Positions 1 to 14,218 of a DNA stretch of 64,000 nucleotides are shown piece after piece. The translations under genes and the position numbers were made by a program. The stretch is from positions 27,714,001 to 27,778,000 of the forward strand of contig OZ024745.1 of NCBI GenBank assembly GCA_964016885.1. Reading direction: 5' to 3'. Position 1 is the first letter of the stretch; every line of letters starts with the position of its first letter. Under the pieces are notes generated by a model, which had not been told where the DNA came from, searched no databases, and worked only from the letters and a program-made list of their open reading frames with translations. The DNA comes from Eledone cirrhosa (taxonomy: Eukaryota).

Positions 1-354
1 GCAAATATATTGTAGTTAAAACAATAACTGTAACGATGACATCAACATCAGTAGAAATTATAAAAGCAACGTTAACAGCAACAAGAATGGTCACAGCTAT
101 AAATAGTTCCTGCAATTGCAGCTGCAGGAGTTAAAAAAATGTAAAAAAAAACAACAAAACAACAGAAATAACAACTAAAGCATTAACAGTTGTTAACATC
201 AATATCAGTATCAGCATTAATATCCCTACAACAGTTGAACCAACAACAATAGTAAGATCAACAAATACAATAGCTGTTATAACGATGGAAAAAACGATTG
301 AAACTTAGTAATTTACCTTCATATCAAAGTACAAATGACTTTTAGCAACTGCAT

Positions 355-676
355 GGTGCCGTAAATCCTATGGGAGTCGTAGGGCACCGTGTTGGCGTAT
401 CTAAGGCATTTTAAAAAACCTGGTGGAGCCCATCTCCTCGCCAGGTCTGAATACATCAGATTTCTTCCATAGAAGAATAGAGAGTGAGAGAAAAAAAAGT
501 AAGAAAGGGATATAGAGAAACAATTGACCTCAGTACTAGACTAGTACTTTTTTATCGACCTCGAATGGATGAAAGGCAAAGTTGACCTCGGTGGGATTTG
601 AACTTAGAGAGCCGAAACGAATACCACAAAGCATTCTATCCGACGTTCCAACTACTGCCAATTCGCCGCCTTTTAG
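355..676 (-). mobile_element. tRNA-derived SINE (family 1 head and core) with extended 3' module
   Basis: Minus strand reads GGCGAATTGG (A-box-like) ... GTTCAAATCC (B box), then the core AACTTTGCCTTTCATCC...GTCGATAAAA shared with about 10 copies in the window; 3' module matches 26605-26790 and 40300-40670. Confidence 0.8.
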
Positions 677-1268
677 CTACTATATATTACTAGAATGCTG
701 GACCCGTATGTCTGTTGGTGCGTTTCTTCAATTAAGCACAAACAGCTCGACTTATGTACTCTTAAACAGAATCCCTTTTTGTCTAAAATAACTTCTAATA
801 CACTTCTGGGACTGAAACACTGACAACCAACGAATGTTTTCTCTTATCTTCTATCAATAAGGAAAAGTCACTTCTAACCATTAATGGAAGAAAGACAATA
901 GAAAGTAAGGCACACATGCAAAAGAAAAAAGAGACTTCTATATACACGAAAACAAGTACACACATATATACACACATATACTAGCACAACATGTAGGCGC
1001 TTACATATAAACACATACGCAGATATCCAATGATGAATATCCACACACAAATATACGTTCAAACATGCAACAAACATACACATGTGAATACAAATAGGAG
1101 AGAAACATATGCGACAACACACAGAGAGGAATAAGTACGACAAGAACACGCACAGACATATTAATACAAACACAAAACTGAGGTACATGGGTAAATACCT
1201 CTACAATTACATATAATAGACACACACTTATATAGATACAAAACAATATATATTATATATATATCTAT

Positions 1269-1650
1269 CTAGGGCGGGTAAAATTCCAGAGATCCATGGA
1301 TGAGTTCTCTCCAGCGGTCTCTGTCCCTCATTATCACTGCCATGTCCTGCTTCTCCAACAGATCAGTGTCTGTCCTTAGGGCATCAACATATGTTAACCT
1401 TGGTCTTCCTCTTCCAGTGTGTCCATGCAGGGGCTCCCACAGGAGCACTCAGTGCAGTGTCAACTCTGGATGTCGGTGAGCATGTCCAGCTAACCTCACT
1501 CTTCTCTGCGTCATTTCTGTAGTGGAGTCTGTGCTGCTGTACGGGTCTGAGACTTGGTCACTGACCAAGAAACTCACTCAGATGGTGGATGGGTGCTACA
1601 CGAGAATGCTGAGGATGGCTCTGAACATTAATCAGTATACACTGAGGATG
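1269..1650 (-). mobile_element. 5'-truncated, 5'-inverted RTE-clade LINE fragment
   Basis: 1518->1269 (-) translates RRVRLAGHAHRH...LLWEPLHGHTGRGRPRLTYVDAL...RDRDRW; 1519-1650 (+) translates VESVLLYGSETWSLTK...DGCYTRMLRMAL; both are RTE RT C-terminal motifs. Confidence 0.8.
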
Positions 1651-1772
1651 TAGAAGTATATAAGACTACAAAGATTGGAGATGTTAGCCACATTATTGCC
1701 AACTGTGAGGCATTATATGATAGCTGGCAAGGTAATGTATATATACTGTATATATATATACATTACCTTGCT

Positions 1773-1870
<98 letters not shown>

Positions 1871-2814
1871 ACACACACACACACACACATACACACACAC
1901 ACACACATATATTTATCCGTATGTGTGTATTATGTGTGCGTGTTTTATTTGCTTCTCAGAGATTTCCTTCAAAAGTGCAATCACGAATTTCGTGATGAAA
2001 GCTGCCGACTACTAATGGCTCTATTCTCTTTAATTTTCAGTAGTTAAAATATTTTTTCCGATTGAGAATTTTTCACCTTAATTATCTCGAGTACACGTTT
2101 ATCGCAAGAGAAAACTTGAAATTACGAATTCATATTAGAAATATATTCAGTCGAAAAAGTCTGAAAATACACACATACACAAACGCACACATACATACAT
2201 ACATACATACATACATACATACATACATACATACATACATACATACATACATACATACACACCCAAATATGTACATACATACGTATATATATATGTGTGA
2301 GTGTGTTTGTGCGAAAATATATACAGCTGGTCATCCCTGGTCTGTTGTTTTCTATGTATTTTGCTCAGGTGATCGCTATTTATTTTGCAGAATCCTCTTA
2401 CTCTACACTCCACAAACAAAGACTACTTTCTATTTAATTTCCTGTAAATAACGCCATCGCATTTACTGCTCGTTTCGCTGCTTCAGTCTAAACATTACTC
2501 GCACAACACAATTCCTCAACACTTTCATTGGCCTTAACTCAATCTAGTGATAGTTCTTATAATACTCTTTCTATAATCCTCAAATGTACTCTGTATCTAA
2601 GACCTACCTTTTCCTATATTTTCAATATTTATCTCCATTGGAATCTATCTGAATCTATGAAACTACACGAAAGGGAACCTTTCTGACCTTTCCAAATACC
2701 ACCTCAATATTATAACATTGGATATTTGTCATAAAGAACTACCTTTTCCTTATCTTTACTATTTCCCCTTTCACTTGAACATCAACAGTTTCTGCAGAGT
2801 CCGGTCTACCGGAG

Positions 2815-3290
2815 ATTTGCAGTCTACGTGATGTTCTTTCGGCTCTCAAAGCGAGAACCTTTCAATGGCATTTTTATTTTGAGGAACAACCAGAAGTCAG
2901 AAGGAGCGATGTCTAGGAAGCAGGAAACCTGATGAATGAGCGAAATACTTTGCTTTGCTGAATAACCTTAGATCATCTGCGACTCATGAGCCAGGGATTT
3001 GCCATGATGTAGCTTCTCGTTTTGTAAGATCCACATGTCCGGTCTCTTACGCCGAACAGCATCATAAAGACATCAGAAAACTTCCTGATAGTGCTTCTTT
3101 GTAACTGTTTATTCCTTTAGCGGGTATTCAGTAGTGGAAAAAAATAGACAGCATCTCTTTGATTTTGATTCGTATCGGTCCTGTATTTTGTGGATTGTGG
3201 CGGTGTTAGATGCTTCCACTTTGATGAATGAGCTTTGGTTTCCAGGTTGTATACGTACACAAACGTCTCATTTCCATCCTTGTTTGCAGT
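2815..3290 (-). pseudogene. Decayed mariner transposase
   Basis: Frameshifted minus-strand remnants GNETFVYVYNLETKAHSSKWK, DAVRRKRPDMW and DIAPSDFWLFLKIKMPLKGSRF match mariner GDETW..YDPETK, RRKRP.LW and SPDLAP.DF motifs. Confidence 0.75.
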
Positions 3291-3532
3291 ATCGAGCAAA
3301 AGGAAAATGTGACGAATAAGTAGTACAGCACCTCACACGCAGGTTGCCTGACAGAGACAGGCACACCCAGCGAACTTACAAAAAAGCCATGCCTGGGTAT
3401 GGATGTATGCGGCACCACTCTGCAAAGATTTGACCTGAAAAAATTAGTCGGATAGTTTTTTGTACGAACAGATTGTTCAGTCAAGACTTTAACGGCTTTA
3501 ATCATTAATCAGCATGGGGCTGATATAGAACT

Positions 3533-4450
3533 AACCAACACCAACACCAACACCAACACCAAAACCACCACCACTACCACCACCACCAACACCACCACCA
3601 CCACCACCAATACCAACACCAACACCAACACCACCACCACTACCACCACCACCACCACCACCACTAACACCAAAACCAACACCACCACCAACACCAACAC
3701 CACCACAACCAGCATCACCACCAACACCAACACCAACACCACCACAAACACCAAGACCACCACCATTAACACCAACACTAACACCACCACCAACACCAAC
3801 ACCAACACCAGCACAAACACCAAGACCACCACCATTAACACCAACACCAACACCAATACCAACACCAACACCAACACCACCACCACCAACACCAACACCA
3901 ACACTAACACCAATACCACCACCACCAACACCAACACCACGACCACCATCACCAACACCAACACCAACACCATCAACACCACCACCAACACCACCACCAC
4001 CACCAAAACCACCACCACCACCACCACCAACACCATCAACACCACCACCACCACCACCAACACCACCACCAACACCAACACCAACACCACCACCACCAAC
4101 ACCAACACCAACACCACCACCACCACCACCTCCACCAACACCAACACCACCACCACCACCAACACCACCACCAACACCAACAACACCACCAACACCACCA
4201 CCACCAGCACCACCACCAACACCACCACCAACACCACCACCAACACCAACACCAACACCAACACTACCACCACCAACACCACCACCACCACCAGCACCAC
4301 CAGCACTACCAGCACCACCAACACCACCACCAACACCACCACCAACACGAGCCCCCCCCACACCACCACCACCACCACCAACACCACCACCACCACCAAC
4401 ACCAACACCAACACCAACACCACCACCACCACCACCACCAACACCAACAA
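3533..4450. repeat. Compound (ACC/AAC)n trinucleotide repeat, ~0.9 kb
   Basis: Almost entirely ACC/AAC/ACA triplets; produces spurious poly-V/L, poly-G/V and poly-T/P ORFs. Confidence 0.95.
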
Positions 4451-5449
4451 TGTATAAAAACATATCTAATTGTCAATAGTCATTTTAGACGTGACGTTTT
4501 ATTTTTTTACTATCAACTAAAAACTTGGCTTACTTTAGAATTTAGATTTAGAAACTAAACACCAATCGGGTCCTTATTTTAATCTCCACCAACTCCTTCT
4601 TATTGAAAGAGAAAGTAATTTTAAAAATAGGCGAGATAATCGATAATTTACTACATCTCCACTAATAGCCTGATGTAAAATTTCCGATAAACTCTGCATT
4701 GGAACGGTCATTTATTGTTTGATTAGAAGCAATCAATTTGTTCAAGGTCCAAATCTTCTGAATAACAAGTTCATTCCAATTGAATACCTATTATTTATTG
4801 AAATATATTTATTAATTAATGGCAATGGCTTTTTGCTCAGCACGTTCTTTATTATGGTAAATGTCCGTATGAAAATAATCTAATTCTATTTCTAGTAGAA
4901 TATTTATTTGGTTATATGAACTAGTTAACCGAATCTATTGTCTTGCTCTTTTTCACTTCTTAGGTATAAAAATTACATTCGGAAAGAAAGCCATAACTGT
5001 ATAGTTGTAGTTAATGAAAACTGAAACAACACTAAACAAAAACAACAATAAAAACAACAATCACAACAATAAAAACAACAATGACAAGAACAACAAACAA
5101 ACACGATAACGTTGCAATGATTTTCTGTTTTTATATTTGAAGATAACGTATCTTCAGAAATCAATAATAAATATAACGACAACAGTAGCAACAACAACAA
5201 ATAAGAAGAACCTCAGGATTACAAAGCTCCAAACCATTGGGATATTTTGTTTTGTTTTAAAAATAAAAAAAACAAGTGAAAATGGAGTGATGTATTTTTA
5301 TTATTTTTTTTACCAAATTCAGATTTAAAATAGTAAATGGAAAGAAATCTTAAAAGTCCAACTGTAATAAGACATTGAAATATACAGTAAAACATATGTT
5401 ACTCGAGAAGGTGAGAGAGAGAGAGAGAGGGAGAAAGGGAGAGAGAGTG

Positions 5450-5525
<76 letters not shown>

Positions 5526-6320
5526 CGAGGGAGAGAGAGAGAGAGAGAGAATGTGAGAGTGAAAGATGAGAGAGAGATAAGGCGAGAATGATCGAGGGAG
5601 AGAGAAAAGTAACTAAAATAAATAGAAATAAAATTAGTATAGTTAATACGAAGCATTGTGTGATATGTAATAAAAGAGAGAAAAGTAGAAAAGTTTAAAA
5701 AACCGGAACAATGCAGTAGAAATATATAAAGAGCAAATAATGACAAATAAAACAAAACAAAGTAATGTTTTGCCCAGTATATTTCAACATAATATTTCAG
5801 GACTAGTACCCCCTTTTCAGAGGTGGAGCTGAAACAGTTCAAAACAAAATGAACGATCGATGTGTTCTTCCTTAACTGGTCTACGTATGCGAAATATAAT
5901 TATGTTAATATCCTCTCTAATTAAAAGAGTCCAGGATAAAAGTTACAGATATGTTTTCCGTGTCAGGAATGTTGGCACTTTCCTGACTTACTTAATTTCC
6001 ACTTTTGTTTTTGTATTGAGAACCGCTTTTAAAATTTCTCTTTAGAGTTAAAGTATCTACGTGTGATTTAAGAATGATGACAATGTGTGTGTTTATGTGT
6101 ATGTGTGTGTGTGTATGTCTGTGCGTATCTGTGTGTGTGTGTGTGTGTGTGTGTCAGTATGTGTGTCAGTATGTGTGTGTGAGCGTGTGTGTATACGTTA
6201 ACAGTATTATTGGAGATGTATAATATTGATATATCAATTCACCTGTCGGCTTGTAATTCAAATAATTCATAAGATAATACGAAAATATAAAGAAATTACT
6301 TACTTCAGTTAGAAATGTTG

Positions 6321-6415
<95 letters not shown>

Positions 6416-6418
<3 letters not shown>

Positions 6419-6622
6419 CGAAGGAAATGTGGTAAGGAACCAGGTGGACCATAACGCACCAAAGTACTCAATACTTGAGGTAGTAGAGTGGGTAATAGGA
6501 ACCAGTAAGACCCCGACAGCTGAGCTCAAGCCGTTTCGACGGCTAATTCTGGACTAAAAACATTTTAGTCCAGAATTAGCCGTCGAAACGGCTTGAGCTC
6601 AGCTGTCGGGGTCTTACTGGTT

Positions 6623-6627
<5 letters not shown>
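6416..6627 (-). mobile_element. (TA)n-flanked fold-back insertion, family A
   Basis: Perfect 65-bp arms 6495-6559 / 6563-6627 with a 3-nt loop, plus an unpaired tail 6416-6494; homologues at 28807-28987, 39051-39102 and 20321-20350. Confidence 0.85.
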
Positions 6628-6693
<66 letters not shown>

Positions 6694-7129
6694 ATAGCAA
6701 CATTTCTAACTGAAGTAACTAATTTCTTTATATAGAAATATTTATATTTATAAGTATAGACTAGGATAAAATTAGTTCAATCATATTACACCTTAAATAG
6801 CATACATACTGTTTATAGGCTAAAAACTATAATTTGCAGAGCTTCATTCTTTTCAAAATTTCTATTTAGGTGTAAATATTTACGGTATATTAAAAGGAAG
6901 CATTGTAAGCAAAATATACATTTTAAAATAAAAATATAATTTCACTTAGAAATTTATGCTTATACCGCAGCTTGGTTTCGGCAAGAAATAGAAAGCAATG
7001 TCTTATACCACACCTTATGGCATTTACAAGAAAATTCAAATCTAATATTGTTACTTGTCTAGACAGCAAAAACTATCTCTCAGCAAAAAGACACACACAC
7101 ATATATATATATATAAATGAAAGGTATAG

Positions 7130-7193
<64 letters not shown>

Positions 7194-7333
7194 TATATAT
7201 ATAAATATAAAGGTTTACATATACATGGCGGTCTTCTTATAACTGGTCTAATTGATTTTTTATATGGTTAATTATGGTAATTGGAAGAGGAGACGGTATA
7301 TATTTTATCTAATAATTCTAAGGACATGATTTA

Positions 7334-7611
<278 letters not shown>

Positions 7612-7708
7612 AATATATATATATACGTTATTCCGGGTTGAATCGGAGGTAACCACAGTAAGTAAGGTACTCAATACATAGCAGAGTATAAAAGTTTTAA
7701 TATAGAAG

Positions 7709-7759
7709 AGATTCTACAGGACTAGAACTGTTTCATTCTTTAGAAATCATCAGGAATCT
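7709..7759 (-). ncRNA. Type I hammerhead ribozyme
   Basis: AGAUUC-CUGAUGA-uUUCuaaaGAAu-GAA-ACAGuucuagucCUGU-A-GAAUCU: 6-bp stem I, 4-bp helix III, GUA site; degenerate homologue on + at ~9358-9480. Confidence 0.85.
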
Positions 7760-8520
7760 GGGTGTCAAAAAATAAATATGGTATTTATAGGTCTCTTCAG
7801 GTGGTAGGAGAGGGTAGGGGGTGGGATGGGTAGAGGTCATTGGTTGATATATATATAGCCCCTTCTTTCGGCAAACAAAATTACTCGGAACAGCTGCTTC
7901 GCCATGGGGCCCTGTCAGACTTGGAACCCGCCGCGCCACCAGTTATTGACCGCCAAACGGTACCTTTAAATTCTAGGCTTAATCTTAACTTTTAACTTTA
8001 TCATGCCTCCTTCTACTAGCACTTAACTAAATCCCCCACCAGTGTGAATAACTAGTAATCGTTTGGTATATACGATGGCCAGCCGGCGGTGGCGGACTTC
8101 CCGCTAACACACCTGACGCTTAAGACAGTTATATTCCTGGAGTGCTCAGAAAAATAAATTTCCAGTTCGTTCGCTAAACGATAATACTCGGAACGGCTGA
8201 CACGCCGTTGGGCACCGGACTGGTTATTGGCCGCTAAGTTATTGACCGCTGGTTATTAACCGGTAAGCATGGGCTTAATCTTTACTCTATATTCTACTCT
8301 GAAACTTTATCGTGACTATACATTTAAACTTTTTCATAAAAGCCTCCTTCTGTAAATTCCTTTAACTTAATCTCATAACTTTATACTTAAACCTTATTTT
8401 TCTAATTTGGTATATCCTTGAGAGATGCAGAAAACCTAAAGAATTCCATCATTTATTAATTAATTCATAATCTATTGCAGAATAAACGCTCTACCTTCAG
8501 GGAGCTAAATATGACCTTTT

Positions 8521-8560
<40 letters not shown>

Positions 8561-8818
8561 CTTTTTCTCTAACACGGATATTTACATATTTAAATATTTA
8601 ACATTTATATACTTATGTGTTTATTTATTTATGTATTTATTTATTTATTCTATATGTTCTCCTACCCACCCACTCCTAATACTTATATCTCGCTACTTAT
8701 CCCTTTCCATCATATTTAGTTTGTCCCACTTTTACTTGTGGTATATAAATATTGAGTTTTGTTGTAATAAATCAGTGCCAAGACTGGAATTGAACCATCA
8801 ACACAGTTGATTTATGTA

Positions 8819-8880
8819 TTTTATCTGATGAAGACGTACTGAAAAAACAGCACAGTACCTCCGAAATATATATGATAAAA
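8819..8880 (+). ncRNA. Type I hammerhead ribozyme with G at the cleavage position (probably inactive)
   Basis: UUUUAU-CUGAUGA-agaCguacug..caguacCucc-GAA-AUAUAUAU-G-AUAAAA. Confidence 0.7.
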
Positions 8881-8927
8881 CATATATTTTGATTATGTGA
8901 ATGTATCCATTTATTAATATTTGAATA

Positions 8928-9011
<84 letters not shown>

Positions 9012-9031
9012 TTATTAATATTTGAATAATA

Positions 9032-9101
<70 letters not shown>

Positions 9102-9194
9102 CTAACTGAATAAAGTATTTTTTGTACACATGTACATAGAGAACGTTCTAAGTGAATGAGCACTTAAAATTTGTGGCCAGGGTATGTTTATCTT

Positions 9195-9220
9195 CTGAAG
9201 AATAGGTAACGTGTACCTCG

Positions 9221-9230
<10 letters not shown>
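9195..9230 (+). ncRNA. Partial hammerhead running into (TA)n
   Basis: CUGAAGA-auAGGUAacgugUACCUcgu-GAA followed directly by a (TA)n tract; 3' strand of stem I absent. Confidence 0.4.
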
Positions 9231-9309
<79 letters not shown>

Positions 9310-9476
9310 ATCTGTGTGTCTGTGTGTATGTGTGTGTGGCATACACACATATATACTTATATCTTGATGATTTCTCCCAAATGAAACAATTTTAGAAGCC
9401 TTTCTATATTAAATATTTATACTCTGCCATGTATTGAGAATCTTACTTACTGTGGTTACCCCCGATTGAACCCGGG

Positions 9477-9518
<42 letters not shown>

Positions 9519-9809
9519 CAAAATAAGATGCTGAGGTTACATATATCGTTTAATCATAATAATTATTTCCACGGTTCTCCATGCAATCGAGATGTCCATG
9601 CATTTGCTGTTAATTATGAGAACAGATGAAAACCGATATGTTTGATATGTCGCTGGCAGAAAAAAAGACACGTCCTATTGCTTGTGTGCTCAGCAGACAT
9701 ATGAGTTCCTTGAAGGGTTTGCCAGCCGTCGTGTTTGCTAGAAAAGACTATCAACGAAAAAAAGCTTTCACCTGCTTACTCCTGTTTTTACCCAAACAAT
9801 CTTCTCCGA

Positions 9810-9963
<154 letters not shown>

Positions 9964-10137
9964 TGATAGATAGATAGTTATACAGCCCGTGACATACGGC
10001 AAATCCTTCTTCCGACTTAAAGAATATCGATATGCTTTGAAGGTGACATTTTAGCATATATCTCCCGGATATAGTAGAAGTGATTTCTGAGGGCTACGTA
10101 GACGCTGTGCTTGTTACGGGCCATCTATTTCATTTGT

Positions 10138-10201
<64 letters not shown>

Positions 10202-10345
10202 ATACTTTGGGTCATGTTGCCAATAAGAAACACACGCACCAGTTGCTTTCACTCCAATTTATTATAAATTAAATTTATAAATTTAAGAATTTATAAATTT
10301 CCGGTTGGTTGGTTGGTTCCACAACCAGACGGTTGTTCATATATT

Positions 10346-10388
10346 GTCAAAGTTCTTTCGTCACACATTCTGTGACCTCTTCAGTGAC
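10346..10388 (-). ncRNA. Minimal type I hammerhead in a (TA)n-flanked island (10197-10465)
   Basis: GUCA-CUGAAGA-g-GUCACAgaaugUGUGAC-GAA-AGAACU-U-UGAC; the island's 3' end matches the hairpin at 20189-20265. Confidence 0.7.
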
Positions 10389-10461
10389 TGGGGATTCTTC
10401 TCTTTGTTTTGTGCCTCTCCATTGTTTTGTCCTACGCCATCTTGTTTTTGGCGTAGGACAG

Positions 10462-10509
<48 letters not shown>

Positions 10510-10637
10510 AAAGTTCTATTTAAAATTGTTGGGATACAACAAGTAAATATTTTTATAACTGATATAAAGCACTCGACAAGTATTTGGAGTAGATATACGA
10601 TATTAATAAATGGAAATTATATTTATAAAACCATATT

Positions 10638-10702
10638 TATTTCATTATACATATTTCAGGGATACCAAATTAAATCATGGTATGCCTTCATCAGACAAAA
10701 TA
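10638..10702 (-). ncRNA. Type I hammerhead ribozyme (mirror of 10716-10780)
   Basis: Reverse complement of 10716-10780. Confidence 0.85.
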
Positions 10703-10715
10703 CTGTTATATATTG

Positions 10716-10780
10716 TATTTTGTCTGATGAAGGCATACCATGATTTAATTTGGTATCCCTGAAATATGTATAATGAAATA
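10716..10780 (+). ncRNA. Type I hammerhead ribozyme
   Basis: UAUUUUGU-CUGAUGA-aggCauacca..ugguauCccu-GAA-AUAUGUAU-A-AUGAAAUA: 8-bp stem I with two G.U pairs. Confidence 0.85.
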
Positions 10781-10819
10781 AATATGGTTTTATAAATATA
10801 ATTTCCATTTATTAATATC

Positions 10820-10879
<60 letters not shown>

Positions 10880-10973
10880 GATTATCGAAGTCCTAGGTGA
10901 TTCGAAATTTGAAAATGTGGGAATCTCAAACAACGCAGAAAAATAACTGAAAAACAACAGTCGATTGCTAGAA

Positions 10974-11157
10974 ATAATTGTTTCTACTTTTGGCACAAGG
11001 TCAGCAATTATATAAGTGCATTACTGGTACTTTATTTTATCGACCCTGTAAGGATGAAAGGCAAAGTTAACCTCGGCGGGATTTGAACTCACAATGGCAA
11101 GGGCCGTAACTCTATGCGCCAAAGCATGGCGTCTGACCCTCTGCCGATACTGCAATT
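10974..11157 (-). mobile_element. tRNA-derived SINE, family 1
   Basis: B box GTTCAAATCC on minus strand; shared core and 3' end GTGCCAAAAGTAGAAACAATTA. Confidence 0.85.
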
Positions 11158-11384
11158 AGCGATGGGTTATGACCTCTCCTTGGAGGCGTAATATCGACGC
11201 ACAAAGTGGGTCCAGAAGGGAACAACTCTTAACAATTTGCACCACTGAATCATATTTTGAAAATTTACTCTTTAACTTATGTTCAAAAACACCCGCTTAA
11301 TAATTATTTAAACAGCCATAAGTGTTTTGAAAGTATTATAGCTATGTAGTTAATCAATGTATTTGATTATATTGTAATGAATGT

Positions 11385-11772
11385 TGACTGGCTAGATATA
11401 GTCTATATTTCCTCAAAGTTACGTGGCTTTCGTACTGTAGATTTGGATGGAAACACTATTTAGTTGAGGTGTCAGATGTGACTTCACAGGTGGAATGTGT
11501 TATAGACTGGATTCCATTAAGAGGGAGGATTTGCCTCTTGAAGCTTAGACTGAAAAATAGGACTCTGTGGTGGTACAAGTTTATGCGACAAGAAGCGACT
11601 CTGAATACAGATCTTTCCTTAATGTCGTCACTGCAGCGTTAGATGTAGTTATGACTGAGTCATAAATCCTAATGGGAGACTTCAATGCACATGTTGGCAC
11701 TGACCACCTGACATGGCAGGAAGTGATTGCAAGGAACATGGATCTCGATCTAAATACGAATGGAGAAAACTT
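11385..11772 (+). pseudogene. APE endonuclease relic of an RTE-clade LINE
   Basis: Translates VVQVYATRSDSEYRSFL...ILMGDFNAHVGTDHLTWQEVIARNMDLDLNTNGENL (GDFNAHVG motif). Confidence 0.8.
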
Positions 11773-11797
11773 ATATATATATATTTAATCAGTTAAT

Positions 11798-11915
11798 CTC
11801 TGAGTTCAAACCCCGCCGAGGTTAACTTTGCCTTTCATCGTTAAGGGGTCGATAAAATAAAGCACCAGTAATGCACTGGGGTAATTGCTGGCCTTGTGCC
11901 AAAAGTAGAAACAAC

Positions 11916-11920
<5 letters not shown>
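11798..11920 (+). mobile_element. SINE family 1, 5'-truncated
   Basis: GTTCAAACCC B box, core and 3' end. Confidence 0.8.
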
Positions 11921-11969
<49 letters not shown>

Positions 11970-11979
11970 GGGGGGGGAT

Positions 11980-12015
<36 letters not shown>

Positions 12016-12046
12016 GGGAAAAGAAAGAGAGAGAGAGAGAGGGGGG

Positions 12047-12100
<54 letters not shown>

Positions 12101-12448
12101 AGAACATGTTAGACACGTTTAGTGTTTTAAAAATATTTATCAGTGATGTTTATACGCTCGAGAATGGGACTAAAATATACTATAGCTTATATAATCTCTG
12201 CGTGGTAAACAGCTGCAGGGAGAGTTCATTTGCATATAGTTCGTGCTTCACTTGGCCTGTAATAATTGTCAGTAGCACAGTCATAGTGTGACTGATAATA
12301 GAGGTGTATATGACGGCGTATTAGATATGTTAATATATAATAAACAGATGTCTCGTTCAGATTCTTTTCCCTGTCTCTCCATTTAATTCATATCTTCGTT
12401 TTTTTTTAAATTCCTATATATCTACTACTTATGTATATATCGTTTTAT

Positions 12449-12710
12449 TATAATTGTTTCTACTTTTGGCACAAGGTCAGCAATTATCCCAGTGTATTAG
12501 TGGAACTTTATTTTATCGACCCCGTAAAGATGAAAGGCAAAGCTAACCTCGGCGGGATTTGAACTCAGACCATAAAGGGCCGTAACTCTTTGCTGCAAAG
12601 CATAGCGTCCGACCCTCTACCGATACTGCCAATCCACCGCCATATCGTTTTATTATAATTGTTTCTACTTTAGGCACAAGGCCAGCAATTAACCAGTGCA
12701 TCACTGATAC
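12449..12710 (-). mobile_element. SINE family 1, full copy plus a second partial 3' end
   Basis: Full copy 12449-12641; flank ATATCGTTTTATTATAATTG duplicated at ~12437 and ~12642. Confidence 0.8.
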
Positions 12711-12983
12711 GATCTATATGTATCTCTACTTTTTTACATTTTTATTTTATCATTATTATTGCCACTTCAATTCTATTTTTATAGAATTTTTATGTCTATT
12801 CTGTTCGTAAGATTGTTGAAAGGAAGATATAAATTGAAGCTGTTTCTCTTTAGCCACAGTGAAGTTTTAAACCAGTCAATGTTTTAAAAGTCTGAAGACA
12901 GCAACCTAAGGAGTCATACCGTATACTTTCGAAATGTTACGCAGTCAAGGGCACATTTCAACAAGATCAATATATATATATAT

Positions 12984-13062
<79 letters not shown>

Positions 13063-13063
13063 T

Positions 13064-13094
<31 letters not shown>

Positions 13095-14121
13095 CACACA
13101 CACACACTCACACACACTCTTGTCTCTGTCTCTGCGCATCCGTTTGCGTGTGTGTTTAATGTTTGATGTGTGTTCGCGTTTGAGTGTATGTGTTTTTGTT
13201 TTTGTGTTCTATGTTTGTTGACTAGTGTGTGTTTATATGTGTTTATTGTTATTGTACTTGTGTATATTTATATTTATTTGTTTATTTATCTATATTTCCC
13301 TTAAGTCAGTATTGTTTGTTTGAGACAAGAATAAATAAATAAATAAATAAAATAAAAATGGCGTAGACTTTACAATACAATGGGAGGAAACATAATAGTA
13401 CCACTAATGATGTCGCAGATGTGTGACGAAAGAACTTTGATAGACTATATACATATATATTTATATTTGTATTTTTAACCGTTGGTCAATCAATGATAAA
13501 CATTGATTGCCAAATAAATTAACTATGGAGATATAAAATATACAGAAGCGAAAATCAACCCAAGCGAAAACAAACAGTGAGTGTGTTCTGTTATTATTTC
13601 TGGCAATATTATAACAATATGACCCTCCCCAAGTATATATATATATATATATATTTTTTTTTTTTTTAAGTATTACCACCCCACATTTTGTATGTATGGA
13701 TGTGTGTGTGTGGAGGTGGAGGTGGGTGTGAGTGTAGTGCAAGCCAACCTACATAAGTCTTTTTATTTGTAAATTTTCTACTCCAACCATAAATTTCAAT
13801 AGAACCACTCCACATAAATTCCTCAATTTAAGAATGACCTGTAGTATCGATTTCATACTATTAACCTTAATTGAATATATATATATAGATGAAATCAGTC
13901 ATATGGAACTATTGTCATCTTGCCTGACGGTTTGAACTTTAAAACACCACCTGCCTCTTTGAGGTCAAATACCAACCCTACTACCATCTACAAACTGACC
14001 AATGAGAATCAAGACTATTCCTGCTGACAATATTAAATTATTCCTAACAAGCTCATATGTCCCAAGGCTCTGATACCATCAACACTATAAACACAGAGCT
14101 GGCATATCTAAGAACTGACTA

Positions 14122-14177
14122 ACTGCCTGATGAGGTCATAGCCATTGAATGGCTATCATCGAAATATATATAGCAGT
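14122..14177 (+). ncRNA. Type I hammerhead ribozyme in a (TA)n-flanked island (~13890-14223)
   Basis: ACUGC-CUGAUGA-gguCauagcca uugaa uggcuauCauc-GAA-AUAUAUAU-A-GCAGU. Confidence 0.92.
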
Positions 14178-14218
14178 AAATAAAGGATTATGAGTTCTTG
14201 CAATTGACTTATGTTTCG

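Larger units (their letters stand above)
10507..10825 (-). mobile_element. (TA)n-flanked fold-back insertion with a hammerhead in each arm
   Basis: 111-bp arms 10593-10703 / 10715-10825, tail 10507-10592; homologue at 58388-58596. Confidence 0.85.

Noticed and set aside
2929-2955. CTGATGA...GAAA hammerhead-like motif
   Set aside because: No stem I; lies in the antisense of the mariner relic
3509-4463. 310-313 aa Gly/Val-rich and Val/Leu-rich ORFs as a structural protein
   Set aside because: Open in several frames only because the (ACC/AAC)n repeat lacks stops; no signal peptide or non-repetitive domain
12892-12945. CTGAAGA...GAAA motif
   Set aside because: Neither stem I nor stem II pairs
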